Shown here in pieces: positions 19,355-29,810 of a stretch of 64,000 nucleotides of DNA. The notes beneath the pieces were generated by a model. That model was not told the origin of the DNA. It saw only the letters and a program-made list of their open reading frames with translations, and did no database searches. Source of the stretch: an uncultured Bacteroidota bacterium (GTDB taxonomy: Bacteria; Bacteroidota; Bacteroidia; Flavobacteriales; Flavobacteriaceae); contig CACOGA010000006.1 in assembly GCA_902626585.1 (NCBI GenBank), positions 14,155 through 78,154 of the forward strand. Reading direction: 5' to 3'. How positions within the stretch are numbered: position 1 is the first letter of the stretch; each line of letters starts with the position of its first letter. The translations under genes and the position numbers were made by a program.

Positions 19355-20208
19355 AGAATATTTAAAATGTTTTCTTTAATTTTTTCTAAATTTTCCTTCA
19401 TTTCAATTACATTCCTTTGAAGGCTAGCATCATTTGCCTTTGAACCAATTGTATTTATTTCCCTTCCAATTTCTTGGCATATAAATCCTAGTTTTTTACC
19501 TATAGGATATTTTGATTTTAATGATTCATCAAAAAGGGTCAAATGACTTTCGAGCCTTACTACCTCCTCATTTATATCAAATTTCTCAATGTAGTAAATT
19601 ATTTCCTGCTCAAATCTGTTGTTATCAACCTCCAGCTTTATTTTTTTGAGCTCTGTAATTAGTTTTTTTCTTTTCTTTAAAATCCTCCCTCTTTCAATCT
19701 TCTTTATTTTACTCAAAGATTTTTTGATATTAGAAATTTTAGCCTTTATATCCTTCTCAGTCCCCTTACCCTCTTTTTTTCTAAATGTGTCAACTTTTAA
19801 AATGACCGAATATATTTTAATCAATAGGGATTTGATTTGAGTACTTTTTAATTTTATGATTTTTGATTCATATGCATTCGGAAGACTCATAGCTATCTCT
19901 AAATAATTATCACCTTGACTATTATCTATTTTTTTTAATGTTTTTATATATTTTTTTACAACTTCTTGATTAATACTTACATCTTCTTGGCTTAATTTAC
20001 CTTCGATATTTACATTGATTTCAATTTTACCACGATGAAGTTTATCAGCCAATTTTTTTCTTAAATCGTTTTCAAACGATTTTAAAAATTGAGGAACTCT
20101 TATTGTTAAATCTAAATTTTTACTGTTTACAGATCTTATCTCAACAAGAAATTTTGTTGCGTTAATTATGAAAGATTCACTGGCGTAGCCAGTCATTGAT
20201 TTAATCAT
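19351..20208 (-). CDS. yicC: YicC-family stress-induced protein
   Basis: C-terminal CQEIGREINTIGSKAND signature. I prefer the ATG at 20208 (MIKSMTGYA...) over the TTG at 20229 in the ORF track. Confidence 0.85.
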   Translation of the reverse strand: MIKSMTGYASESFIINATKFLVEIRSVNSKNLDLTIRVPQFLKSFENDLRKKLADKLHRGKIEINVNIEGKLSQEDVSINQEVVKKYIKTLKKIDNSQGDNYLEIAMSLPNAYESKIIKLKSTQIKSLLIKIYSVILKVDTFRKKEGKGTEKDIKAKISNIKKSLSKIKKIERGRILKKRKKLITELKKIKLEVDNNRFEQEIIYYIEKFDINEEVVRLESHLTLFDESLKSKYPIGKKLGFICQEIGREINTIGSKANDASLQRNVIEMKENLEKIKENILNIL

Positions 20209-20244
20209 TTCTAATGAAATATTAAGCAAATATATAAATAGATT

Positions 20245-21138
20245 TTAAGTAATCTGAGTAGATTTTTTAGAAACCAAATATACACCTATGAAAACCAAAA
20301 GAACAGAAGTTGCATCTGCTACCGTTAATTTATCCGCCCCTCTGTATATAGCAAATAAAATTCCAATCACTGGTTGTAGATATATAAACATACCGACAGT
20401 TGATGCTTTTAAATTCTTTAGTGCATATAAATTCAACAAATAGACCAAAAATGTAGTACAAAAAACCACATAAGAAATCTTAATCAAAGAACTTCCAGAA
20501 ATTTCAACCCATTTTATTTCACTAAACTCTAATAATCCGAAGGGCATATTAATAATTATTGAAAATAAAAAGAGCCATTTCATGATAGTAATCATAGTAT
20601 ATTTTTTTGTCAAGGGCTTGACTAAGACAAAATATATTGCATAAGAGAGGCTATTAATAAAAAAATAAAAATTCCCTAAATTGATATTGGGTGCATTAGC
20701 AGCAGATTTTTCATTTAAAAGAATCAAAGTTAGCGTTCCAATAAATCCTATAAAAACACCAAAATATTTAATTTTAGTGATTCTTTCTTTTAATAAAATA
20801 ACAGAAATTATAAAGATAAAGATTGGTGCAATTGTTGTAATTATTGCGCTATTTATTGGAGTAGAATTGTATAAACCATTGAGAGCAGTGATCATGTTAA
20901 GGCCCATTCCAAAAAAAGCACAGAGAATAATCAATTTAAAGTCTTTAACTTCTATTTTCTCATTTTTTAGAAACAAGGAAATAAACCAAAAACATATCGC
21001 TGCACCAACTACTCTACAGTATAATAACGCATTAGGAGATAACACATCAGGCATCAACTCTTTTGCGATTGTGTGGTTAAATCCAAAAATTGAAGTTGCT
21101 GCAAAAGCAGCAAAAAGAGCAATGGTTCTTTTGTTCAT
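20245..21138 (-). CDS. DMT-superfamily (EamA-like) transporter
   Basis: 297 aa with about 10 TM helices in two repeated halves. Confidence 0.8.
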   Translation of the reverse strand: MNKRTIALFAAFAATSIFGFNHTIAKELMPDVLSPNALLYCRVVGAAICFWFISLFLKNEKIEVKDFKLIILCAFFGMGLNMITALNGLYNSTPINSAIITTIAPIFIFIISVILLKERITKIKYFGVFIGFIGTLTLILLNEKSAANAPNINLGNFYFFINSLSYAIYFVLVKPLTKKYTMITIMKWLFLFSIIINMPFGLLEFSEIKWVEISGSSLIKISYVVFCTTFLVYLLNLYALKNLKASTVGMFIYLQPVIGILFAIYRGADKLTVADATSVLLVFIGVYLVSKKSTQIT

Positions 21139-21213
21139 TAAAATTTATTGAATTCTAAAGATAATCTATACATTTGTTTGGTACTAGCACACAATCATTT
21201 AATTTACAAAAGC

Positions 21214-22353
21214 ATGAAATTCAATACTAAAACTATACATGGAGGTCAAAAAATTGATCCCGCATTTAACTCAGTGATGCAGCCAATTTATCAAACATCA
21301 ACTTACGCTCAAGAAAGTCCAGGTGTTAACAAAGGTTTTGAATATTCCAGAACGCATAATCCAACAAGGACTGCTTTACAAAACTCCTTTGCAAGTCTCG
21401 AAAATGCAAAATATGGGGTGGCTTTTTCATCTGGATTGGCAGCAATTGATGCAATCATCAAGTTATTAAAGCCAGGGGATGAGGTTATAAGTACAAATGA
21501 TTTATATGGTGGAACATATAGACTATTTACTAAAATCTTTGAAAAATATGGTATAAAATTCCACTTTACTTCTCTTCATAATCTTACAGATATTGATTCA
21601 TTGTTAAATGAAAAAACTAAGGTAATTTGGGCTGAAACACCAACTAATCCAATGATTAATGTTTTTGACATTGAAAAATTAGCAAAAATTAGTAAAGCCA
21701 ATAAATTAATTTTTGTAGTTGACAATACATTTGCATCTCCATATTTACAAAATCCACTTGAACTAGGGGCTGACATAGTTATGCATTCTGCTACAAAATA
21801 TTTAGCAGGACATAGTGATGTTGTTATGGGTGCACTCATGTTAAATAATGATGAAATTGCTGAAAAATTATATTTTATTCAAAATGCAAGTGGTGCAGTT
21901 CCAGGACCACAGGATTGTTTTTTAACACTAAGAGGAATCAAGACCCTACATGTAAGAATGCAAAGACATTGTGAAAATGCTTCTAAGGTTGCACATTTTC
22001 TTAATAACCACTCAAAAGTTGAAAAGGTGTATTGGCCTGGATTAGAATCCCATTTAAATCACGAGGTTGCAAAAAAACAAATGTCAGATTTTGGAGGTAT
22101 GCTTTCCTTTAGAATCAAAGATTATAATAAAAACCAAACAATAAAGTTTCTCGAAAAGCTTCACTTGTTTACTTTAGCTGAATCACTTGGTGGAGTCGAA
22201 TCATTATGTGGTCATCCTGCTTCAATGACCCATGCAAGTATTCCAAAAGAAGAGAGAGAAAAATCAGGCGTAACTGATTCATTGATAAGACTAAGTGTTG
22301 GAATTGAAGATGCGGATGATTTAATTGATGATCTCAAAAATGCATTTTTATAA
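21214..22353 (+). CDS. PLP-dependent transsulfuration enzyme (cystathionine beta-lyase / gamma-synthase family)
   Basis: Start taken at ATG 21214 (MKFNTKTIHGG...). PLP-lysine motif HSATKYLAGHSDV. Confidence 0.88.
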   Translation: MKFNTKTIHGGQKIDPAFNSVMQPIYQTSTYAQESPGVNKGFEYSRTHNPTRTALQNSFASLENAKYGVAFSSGLAAIDAIIKLLKPGDEVISTNDLYGGTYRLFTKIFEKYGIKFHFTSLHNLTDIDSLLNEKTKVIWAETPTNPMINVFDIEKLAKISKANKLIFVVDNTFASPYLQNPLELGADIVMHSATKYLAGHSDVVMGALMLNNDEIAEKLYFIQNASGAVPGPQDCFLTLRGIKTLHVRMQRHCENASKVAHFLNNHSKVEKVYWPGLESHLNHEVAKKQMSDFGGMLSFRIKDYNKNQTIKFLEKLHLFTLAESLGGVESLCGHPASMTHASIPKEEREKSGVTDSLIRLSVGIEDADDLIDDLKNAFL

Positions 22354-22459
22354 ATTTGTTAATTATTCTAATTTTTTTTGGTAAAATAAAAATTATAAAT
22401 CCCTAATTTTATTTAATATTTAAATTTCACCCTCCTTAGGGCTAAGAAAAATATTAATT

Positions 22460-23803
22460 ATGAAAAGAAAGATTGACGCTTTTTTAAACATTGTCAGAAA
22501 AAGAGATGGAAATCAGCCTGAGTTCATGCAAGCAGTTGAAGAAGTTGCTGAAACAGTTATTCCATACATTATAGAAAATGATATTTATCATGGTAAAAAT
22601 ATATTAATGAGAATGTGTGAACCTGAAAGAGCAATAGGTTTCAGAGTTTCATGGGTAGATGATAAAGGAGAAATATGGGTAAATAGAGGCTACAGAATTC
22701 AAATGAATTCTGCTATTGGACCTTACAAAGGAGGCCTTAGATTTCATCCGTCTGTAAATATGAGCATATTAAAATTTTTAGCCTTTGAACAGGTTTTTAA
22801 AAATAGCTTAACAACCTTACCTATGGGTGGTGGAAAAGGGGGAAGTGATTTTGATCCTAAAGGAAGAAGTGAAAATGAAATTATGAGATTTTGTCAAGCC
22901 TTTATGACCGAATTATACAGGCACATAGGACCAAATACAGATGTTCCAGCTGGAGACATTGGAGTTGGTGGAAGAGAAATTGGATATATGTATGGTCAAT
23001 ACAGAAAGCTCGCGAATGAATTTACTGGTGTGCTCACCGGAAAGGGAATGTCATGGGGAGGCTCATTAATCAGACCTGAGGCAACTGGTTATGGTACTGT
23101 ATATTTTGTTCAGGATATGTTAGCCCATAACAATGATGGCATAAAAGGTAAAAATGTTGTTATTTCAGGATCAGGAAATGTTGCTCAATATGCTGCTGAG
23201 AAAATTCTACATTTTGGAGGAAAAGTTTTGACAATGTCTGATTCGTCCGGATTTATCCATGATTCTGGTGGAATTGACGAAAAAAAGCTAGAATATATCA
23301 TGCATTTAAAAAATATTCAGAGAGGAAGAATCAGTGAATATGTTAAAAAATATCCCAAGGCAATTTTCAAAAAGGGCAAACAACCTTGGTCTGTAAAGTG
23401 CGATATTGCTCTTCCTTGTGCCACCCAAAATGAGTTAGACGGGAAGGATGCTAAAACACTCATTGCTAACGGATGTAAATGTGTAAGCGAAGGCGCTAAT
23501 ATGCCATCTACCAAAGAAGCTGTAGAAATTTTTCTAAAAGCAAAAATATTATTTGCCCCTGGGAAAGCTGCAAATGCTGGTGGTGTAGCAACGTCTGGTC
23601 TAGAAATGACTCAAAACTCATTGAGATACAATTGGACAAGAGAAGAAGTAGATCAAAAACTACGTGAAATAATGTTAAATATTCATAACTCCTGTATTGA
23701 GCATGGTATGCAAAAAAACGGCTATGTTAATTATGTCAAGGGAGCAAATATAGCTGGTTTTGTAAAAGTTGCTGATGCAATGCTCGCCCAGGGAGTAATC
23801 TAA
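22460..23803 (+). CDS. gdhA: NADP-specific glutamate dehydrogenase
   Basis: 447 aa with LPMGGGKGGSDFDPKG and the GSGNVAQYA Rossmann motif. Confidence 0.95.
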   Translation: MKRKIDAFLNIVRKRDGNQPEFMQAVEEVAETVIPYIIENDIYHGKNILMRMCEPERAIGFRVSWVDDKGEIWVNRGYRIQMNSAIGPYKGGLRFHPSVNMSILKFLAFEQVFKNSLTTLPMGGGKGGSDFDPKGRSENEIMRFCQAFMTELYRHIGPNTDVPAGDIGVGGREIGYMYGQYRKLANEFTGVLTGKGMSWGGSLIRPEATGYGTVYFVQDMLAHNNDGIKGKNVVISGSGNVAQYAAEKILHFGGKVLTMSDSSGFIHDSGGIDEKKLEYIMHLKNIQRGRISEYVKKYPKAIFKKGKQPWSVKCDIALPCATQNELDGKDAKTLIANGCKCVSEGANMPSTKEAVEIFLKAKILFAPGKAANAGGVATSGLEMTQNSLRYNWTREEVDQKLREIMLNIHNSCIEHGMQKNGYVNYVKGANIAGFVKVADAMLAQGVI

Positions 23804-23868
23804 TTTTTTATATAACACATATTATACTGGAATATTTGACGTTTATTAGAAGTAATTTCTTGTATTCA

Positions 23869-26244
23869 ATGTTAAAAGTTAGAGTTTTACTTATTATATG
23901 TTTAACAGTTTGTCCAATTTATGCTCAACAAAATAAGTTATCATTAGACAAAGATTCATCTGTGTATTCAAATTGGGATACATATTTTTCTTATAATCTA
24001 ATTTCATCAATAGATGAAGGTGAATCGGTAATTTATTTTGCATCTTATAATTCTATTTTTTCCTTTAATACCTCAACTAATCAAATTGAAAAATTTGATA
24101 CATTAAACGAATTATCAGGTGATGAAATTTCAGCCTTTTACTATTCTGAAATTAATAATATTATCGCTGTTGGATATAGTAATGGATTTCTTCAAATCAT
24201 TGACTTAAACACAAGTTCAATTATCAATATTTATGATATTTTAAATAAACCAACCATACCTTCAAATAAAAAAACTATAAATAATTTTTTTCAAAATGGT
24301 GAGCAACTATTAATTTCAACTGGCTATGGTATTTCGTCCTATAATTTAAACGGATATGAGTTTGGAGACACCTATTATATTGGAGACCTTGCTACACAAA
24401 TTAATGTCTCAAGTACAATTGTCCATGAAAATTTTATATATGCCTCAAATTCAGATTACGGAATATTACGAGCAGATATTAATTCAAACCTGATAGATTA
24501 TAATAATTGGGTTAATATTTATAATGGAGGTGTTCTAGATTTAATTTATAATGGAGATAATATATTTTTTCATAATGATAACAGTATATTTAAAATTAAT
24601 AATGAAGATGTAATCAACTTACTAACGTTAGAAAACCAAATTATAAATTTCAAATCTTCAGATTCAAAAATTATAATTATTACCAATGAAGATTGCTTAA
24701 TTTATAACATTCAACTAACAGAATTAATTAATAATATTAATTCAGCAATGTATTCAACCAACTTTAATCAGGGTATTATAAAGGGCAATAACATATATAT
24801 AGCAACCAATGAAAAAGGAGTTTTAGTAATAAATAATAACAATGGAAATTATTCGTATTTAAAACCTGACGGTCCACTTGAAAATGATATATTTTCAGTA
24901 GAAACACTAAATAATAAAACATGGGTTTCATTTGGTAATTATTCAGAGTACTTTAATCCATTCCCTTTGAAGTTTAGTGGAGTAAGTAATTATGACGAAA
25001 ATCTCAAATCATGGTTTAATATTGAAAAAGATAGTATACCAAATCGTGCTGTAAATCTTAACAACATTTCGGTAAATCCCTTTAACAATGATAATGTTTT
25101 TATAAGTTCTTTTGAAGGAGGTTTATTAGAAATTGAAAACCTTAATGTTGTTGAATTCTTTGAAAATAATAATAGTGGTTTAGAATCTTTAACAACTGAT
25201 GATCCATTGTATGAGAGTGTAAGAATTTCTGATATGGAATTTGATAAATATGGGGTTCTATGGATTTTAAATTCTAGAGTTGATAGCCCATTGAAATCTT
25301 TTAACCTGGAAAATAATAGTTGGAATAGCTTTGATTTTACTGAAATTATCAATGACGGATTTCAAGATGAACTTGGCTTTAATGATATAGAATTAGACGA
25401 TTATGGGAATAAATGGGTTGCAGGACTCAGATCTGGATTAATTGGATTCAATAATGAGTCAGGGACAACCCTCTTACGAAAAGTATTCAGCCAAGATCAA
25501 TCCAATATGCCATCTGAATATGTAAAATCTATAGCTGTTGATAATAATAACCATCTATGGATTGGGACTATTCAAGGTCTAAGAGTTTTATACAATACCT
25601 CTAACTTTTTTGAATCATCAGTTGTTACAACTCAAAAGATAGTAATATTGGAGGATGGTATTCCTAGAGAACTCCTAGAGCAACAATACATTACAGATAT
25701 TGAAGTAGATGGTGCAAATAATAAATGGGTTGGAACCATAGGCTCAGGTGTATTTTATTTTTCACCAAATGGTCAGCAGACAATTTATCATTTTACAAAA
25801 GAAAATTCACCTCTTCCGTCAAATAATATTAATGACATAAGTATAAATTTTACCAATGGCAAGGTATACTTTGCAACCGACCAAGGCTTAGTTAGTTATA
25901 ATACAGGAAGTATTTCAAGCTCTGAAAATTTTACTGATGCGTATATTTATCCTAATCCCGTAAGACCTGAATTTAACACCCAATTTGAAAAAGTTAAAAT
26001 AGCTGGTTTAACCCAAAATGTAAATATTAAGATAACTGATATTGCAGGAAATTTAGTTGCTGAGGCACAATCAAATATTAATTCACGTTACAGAAATTTT
26101 AATTTAGAGATTGATGGTGGGACTGCATTTTGGAATGGTAGAAATTTAAACAATAAAAAGGTTTCTTCTGGGGTTTATATTGTTATGTTATCAGACTTAA
26201 ACTCATATGAAACAAAGGTTTTAAAATTAATGATTATTAGATAA
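23869..26244 (+). CDS. T9SS C-terminal-sorting-domain protein with two-component-regulator-propeller repeats (PorZ-like)
   Basis: Start taken at ATG 23869 (MLKVRVLLIIC signal). Repeated W(I/V)GT..GL motifs (NHLWIGTIQGLRVL, NKWVGTIGSGVFYF). C-terminus YIYPNPVRPEF...SGVYIVML typical of a Por secretion tail. Confidence 0.6.
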   Translation: MLKVRVLLIICLTVCPIYAQQNKLSLDKDSSVYSNWDTYFSYNLISSIDEGESVIYFASYNSIFSFNTSTNQIEKFDTLNELSGDEISAFYYSEINNIIAVGYSNGFLQIIDLNTSSIINIYDILNKPTIPSNKKTINNFFQNGEQLLISTGYGISSYNLNGYEFGDTYYIGDLATQINVSSTIVHENFIYASNSDYGILRADINSNLIDYNNWVNIYNGGVLDLIYNGDNIFFHNDNSIFKINNEDVINLLTLENQIINFKSSDSKIIIITNEDCLIYNIQLTELINNINSAMYSTNFNQGIIKGNNIYIATNEKGVLVINNNNGNYSYLKPDGPLENDIFSVETLNNKTWVSFGNYSEYFNPFPLKFSGVSNYDENLKSWFNIEKDSIPNRAVNLNNISVNPFNNDNVFISSFEGGLLEIENLNVVEFFENNNSGLESLTTDDPLYESVRISDMEFDKYGVLWILNSRVDSPLKSFNLENNSWNSFDFTEIINDGFQDELGFNDIELDDYGNKWVAGLRSGLIGFNNESGTTLLRKVFSQDQSNMPSEYVKSIAVDNNNHLWIGTIQGLRVLYNTSNFFESSVVTTQKIVILEDGIPRELLEQQYITDIEVDGANNKWVGTIGSGVFYFSPNGQQTIYHFTKENSPLPSNNINDISINFTNGKVYFATDQGLVSYNTGSISSSENFTDAYIYPNPVRPEFNTQFEKVKIAGLTQNVNIKITDIAGNLVAEAQSNINSRYRNFNLEIDGGTAFWNGRNLNNKKVSSGVYIVMLSDLNSYETKVLKLMIIR

Positions 26245-26948
26245 TGATTATTTCCTCCAGTGCAATTGTTTTAAGTAAGCTCAAGTATCGTGATAACGAT
26301 TTAATCGTTAAATTATTTGTGAGAGAATTAGGGCTCACATCATTCATTGTTAGAGGAAGTTCTAAGAAGAATAAATCAAATTATTTTCAACAACTTTCCT
26401 TTTTAGAAATAGAATTTGATTTTAATGCCAAAAGAAACCTACATTATTTCAAAGATTTTGAAAGTAAATATAATCTTAAAACTATACATAGAGATTTTAA
26501 GAAAATGGGGGTTGTAATATTTTTATCTGAAGTATTATCTAAAATATTAATTCATCAACAGAAAGATTACCAGCTTTATGATTTCATTGAAGAGGCAATT
26601 GAATACTACGATAAAAATATCTTTAATTCGATGTTTCATATTGTTTTTCTTGTAAATCTGTCTAAGTTTTTAGGCTTCTATCCTGATGTAAACAATAATC
26701 ATTGTCAATATTTTGATTTACAACATGGCTTTTATTCTAATGCAAAAGATTCAGATTATATTATTTTTGATGATGATTTGCAATGTTTTAATAAGATTTT
26801 AGGCATAAATTTTGATGACTTAAAAACACTAACCTTAACTCCGGTGCAAAGAAAAAACTTACTTGACAATATTATTTTGTATTACAAACTTCATATTGAA
26901 AATTTTACTTCCGTTAAGTCACTTGATGTGCTGAGAAAATTGTTTTAA
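26244..26948 (+). CDS. recO: DNA repair protein RecO
   Basis: 234 aa with an N-terminal OB-fold-like AIVLSKLKYRDNDLIVKLF and family-typical length. Confidence 0.8.
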   Translation: MIISSSAIVLSKLKYRDNDLIVKLFVRELGLTSFIVRGSSKKNKSNYFQQLSFLEIEFDFNAKRNLHYFKDFESKYNLKTIHRDFKKMGVVIFLSEVLSKILIHQQKDYQLYDFIEEAIEYYDKNIFNSMFHIVFLVNLSKFLGFYPDVNNNHCQYFDLQHGFYSNAKDSDYIIFDDDLQCFNKILGINFDDLKTLTLTPVQRKNLLDNIILYYKLHIENFTSVKSLDVLRKLF

Positions 26949-29353
26949 TGGTAAATAAATTTATTCTTCTATTCTTATTTTCAATCGCTTCCTTTTCTCA
27001 AAACTTAGTTGTTATTGATGAGAATAGAAATCCTATCATTGGTGCATCTATCTTCAGCGATTTAGATGATTATCTAACCACCGATAAAAATGGTGAAGTA
27101 AGTTTAGAAAAGTTTTCACTAGGAGATACAATCAATATTAATCAATACGGATTCAAGAAATTTAAATTTGTCAAATCTGAACGTGACAAAACCATCATAT
27201 TAATTTATGACAATGAGTTGTTGGATGAGGTGGTCATCTCAGCTTCAAAATTTTCACAGAAGTTTAGAGAGGTCCCGAAAAAAGTAACTCAAATTAACAG
27301 GTCAATGATTGAATTCACAAATCCAATGACTAGTGCAGATTTACTTGAGAGAGGTGGTTATGTGTACATTCAAAAGAGTCAATTAGGGGGTGGAAGTCCA
27401 ATGATAAGAGGTTTGTCAACTAACAGACTGGTTTTATCAGTTGATGGTGTAAGACTAAATAATGCAATATTTAGAAGTGGAAATATACATAACGTAATAT
27501 CAATTTCTCCAATGAATATTGAAAACACTGAAGTTATTATGGGGTCTGCATCTGTTTTATATGGTAGTGATGCAATAGGCGGAGTTATGAATTTTTATAC
27601 TAAAAAAGCTAATTTATCAAATGATTCAAATCCAAATATTCAAATAAATATAAACTCTAGATACTCATCTGCTTCAAATGAAAAAATGTATCACACAGAC
27701 TTTAATTACGGATTGGAAAAAATGGCATTTTTATCAAGTTTTTCAAAATCAGACTTTGGTGACTTAATTATGGGAATTCATGGGCCATCAGAATATTTAA
27801 GACCAAATTACGTTACTCAAAATTCTGTAGGCGATGATATATTAGTAGCTAACTCAAAACCAAGAGTTCAGAGAAATACAGGATATAGTCAAACTAATTT
27901 TATGCAAAAAGTTCTTTATAAGCCAAATGAAAATATAAGTATTGATATAGGGTTTCATTTTTCAAAAACTGGAAATATTCCTAGATATGACAGGCTGATA
28001 AGAACTAATGAAAATGAGGACCTTTATTATTCAGAGTGGTATTATGGACCACAGGAATGGCTATTGATAAATAGCCAATTGACCTTTATTCCAAAACAAA
28101 CTAAATTTTATAATGAATTAAAATTTGGCTCATCATTTCAGAAATTCTCAGAAAGCAGAAACAGTAGAAGGTTTAGTGATGGTTTCCTAAAATCAAGAGA
28201 AGAAGAATTGGATATATTTTCTTTAAATCTAGATTTTTTTAAAAAAATATCAGAAAATTCTAACATTACATATGGGCTAGAGATAATAGAAAATCAGGTT
28301 GGTTCATTTGCTAAAAGTGTTAATATTGGTGATTTATCTGAAACCCCAATTTCAACAAGATACCCTGATAATTCATCTTTAAATTCCTTGGGACTTTACA
28401 TTAATTACAAGACTAAAATTATTGAAGATGTATTTTTCCAAAGTGGTGTAAGATACAGTTCAACAGTATTAAAATCAGATTTATCTCAAAATAATATTTA
28501 TTATGATTTTATGTATGAAAACACAACTCTTGAAAATGGAGCTTTTGTTGGAGGTATAGGCCTAAGCTGGGTTAGAAATATTTATAATAATTGGAAGTTT
28601 AACATCAATACAGCTTTTAGATCTCCAAATATAGATGATCTTGCTAAGGTTTTTGATTCTGAACCTGGAAGTGTGGTTGTTCCAAATCCTGATTTAAAAC
28701 CAGAAAGATCTTTTGGACTTGAGTTTGGAGGTTACTTTAGAACAAAGAACAATATTGAATTAGATTTTTCATCATATGTGACATATTTATATAATTCATT
28801 TATAAGGGATGATTTTACATTGAGTAATGGTGTGTCAGAAATAATTTATGATGGGGAACTATCCCAAATTCAAGCACTTCAAAACAGCTCAAAGTCTTTT
28901 ATATATGGAATTGAATTCGGGATAAATATGTTTTTAAATAAAAACTTTCGCATAAAATCTCAGCACAATTTAATCGCGGGATATGAGTTGGATGAATTAC
29001 CTATTGGAATGCCAGTTAGGCATATACCACCCAATTACGGTAATTTTCATTTTATTTACAATAATGGAGATTTTACAATTGACACATATTTAAACTATAA
29101 TTCTAAAATATCATTTAGTAACCTTGCAGAATCTGAAAGGGCAAAACCTTACATGTATGCATTAGATGAAAATGAAAATCCGTACTCACCGTCATGGATG
29201 ACATTAAATATTAGATCAAAATATTCTTTTTCCAAAATGTTAAATATCAATTTTACTGTTGAGAACATAACAAATAAATTGTACAGACCTTATTCATCAG
29301 GAATTTCAGCACCTGGTTTAAACTTTATTTTTTCTGTTAATTATGCCTATTAG
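26948..29353 (+). CDS. TonB-dependent receptor
   Basis: 801 aa with a signal peptide, CarboxypepD_reg-like N-terminus, plug motif GGSPMIRGLSTNRLVLSVDGVRLNNAIFRSGN, and a C-terminal aromatic residue. Confidence 0.88.
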   Translation: MVNKFILLFLFSIASFSQNLVVIDENRNPIIGASIFSDLDDYLTTDKNGEVSLEKFSLGDTININQYGFKKFKFVKSERDKTIILIYDNELLDEVVISASKFSQKFREVPKKVTQINRSMIEFTNPMTSADLLERGGYVYIQKSQLGGGSPMIRGLSTNRLVLSVDGVRLNNAIFRSGNIHNVISISPMNIENTEVIMGSASVLYGSDAIGGVMNFYTKKANLSNDSNPNIQININSRYSSASNEKMYHTDFNYGLEKMAFLSSFSKSDFGDLIMGIHGPSEYLRPNYVTQNSVGDDILVANSKPRVQRNTGYSQTNFMQKVLYKPNENISIDIGFHFSKTGNIPRYDRLIRTNENEDLYYSEWYYGPQEWLLINSQLTFIPKQTKFYNELKFGSSFQKFSESRNSRRFSDGFLKSREEELDIFSLNLDFFKKISENSNITYGLEIIENQVGSFAKSVNIGDLSETPISTRYPDNSSLNSLGLYINYKTKIIEDVFFQSGVRYSSTVLKSDLSQNNIYYDFMYENTTLENGAFVGGIGLSWVRNIYNNWKFNINTAFRSPNIDDLAKVFDSEPGSVVVPNPDLKPERSFGLEFGGYFRTKNNIELDFSSYVTYLYNSFIRDDFTLSNGVSEIIYDGELSQIQALQNSSKSFIYGIEFGINMFLNKNFRIKSQHNLIAGYELDELPIGMPVRHIPPNYGNFHFIYNNGDFTIDTYLNYNSKISFSNLAESERAKPYMYALDENENPYSPSWMTLNIRSKYSFSKMLNINFTVENITNKLYRPYSSGISAPGLNFIFSVNYAY

Positions 29354-29810
29354 TTTTACTGAAAATGATAAGATTATAATTGAAAAAATTCAATCTTATT
29401 GTCTTTATCAAGAGAGGTGCGTTAAGGAAGTAAAAAATAAATTATTTTCACTGAAAGTAAGTTCAAAATCTGCCAATGATATTATAGAATATTTGATTGA
29501 TAATGATTACTTAAATGAGGAAAGATATACTAAGATGTTTATCCAAGGAAAGCTTAGAATAAAAAAATGGGGAAGAATTAAGCTTAAGTATGAATTGCGG
29601 TCTAAGGGAATTAATATTAACATAATAGATGATAATATCCAAAAAATTAACGAAGAGGATTACCTTAACTATTTCAATGAGTTTTCAACTAATAAAATTA
29701 AATTTTTAAAAGGAACTAAAGACCAAAAGAAAAGGTCTTTTATAAATTACTTCACTTACAGAGGCTGGGAAAATAGCCTTATTTATCAAAAATTAAAAGA
29801 TATTAATTAA
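29343..29810 (+). CDS. recX: regulatory protein RecX
   Basis: 155 aa with a three-helical-repeat pattern (YCLYQERCVKEV..., IIEYLIDNDYLNEERY...). Confidence 0.75.
   Translation: MPISFTENDKIIIEKIQSYCLYQERCVKEVKNKLFSLKVSSKSANDIIEYLIDNDYLNEERYTKMFIQGKLRIKKWGRIKLKYELRSKGININIIDDNIQKINEEDYLNYFNEFSTNKIKFLKGTKDQKKRSFINYFTYRGWENSLIYQKLKDIN

Noticed and set aside
20681-21151. 156-aa ORF antisense to the EamA transporter gene. The same applies to other short antisense ORFs such as 1062..1244, 1275..1535, 2922..3230, 24990..25352 and 33868..34656.
   Set aside because: All lie entirely inside well-supported genes on the opposite strand, and their composition is typical of antisense translation.
21148-21213. 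N-terminal extensions in the ORF track: 21148 for the transsulfuration enzyme, 32972 for umuD, 23836 for the PorZ-like gene and 20229 for yicC.
   Set aside because: The extensions overlap upstream genes or promoters and add non-homologous residues. Internal ATG codons at 21214, 33041, 23869 and 20208 give canonical N-termini or signal peptides.
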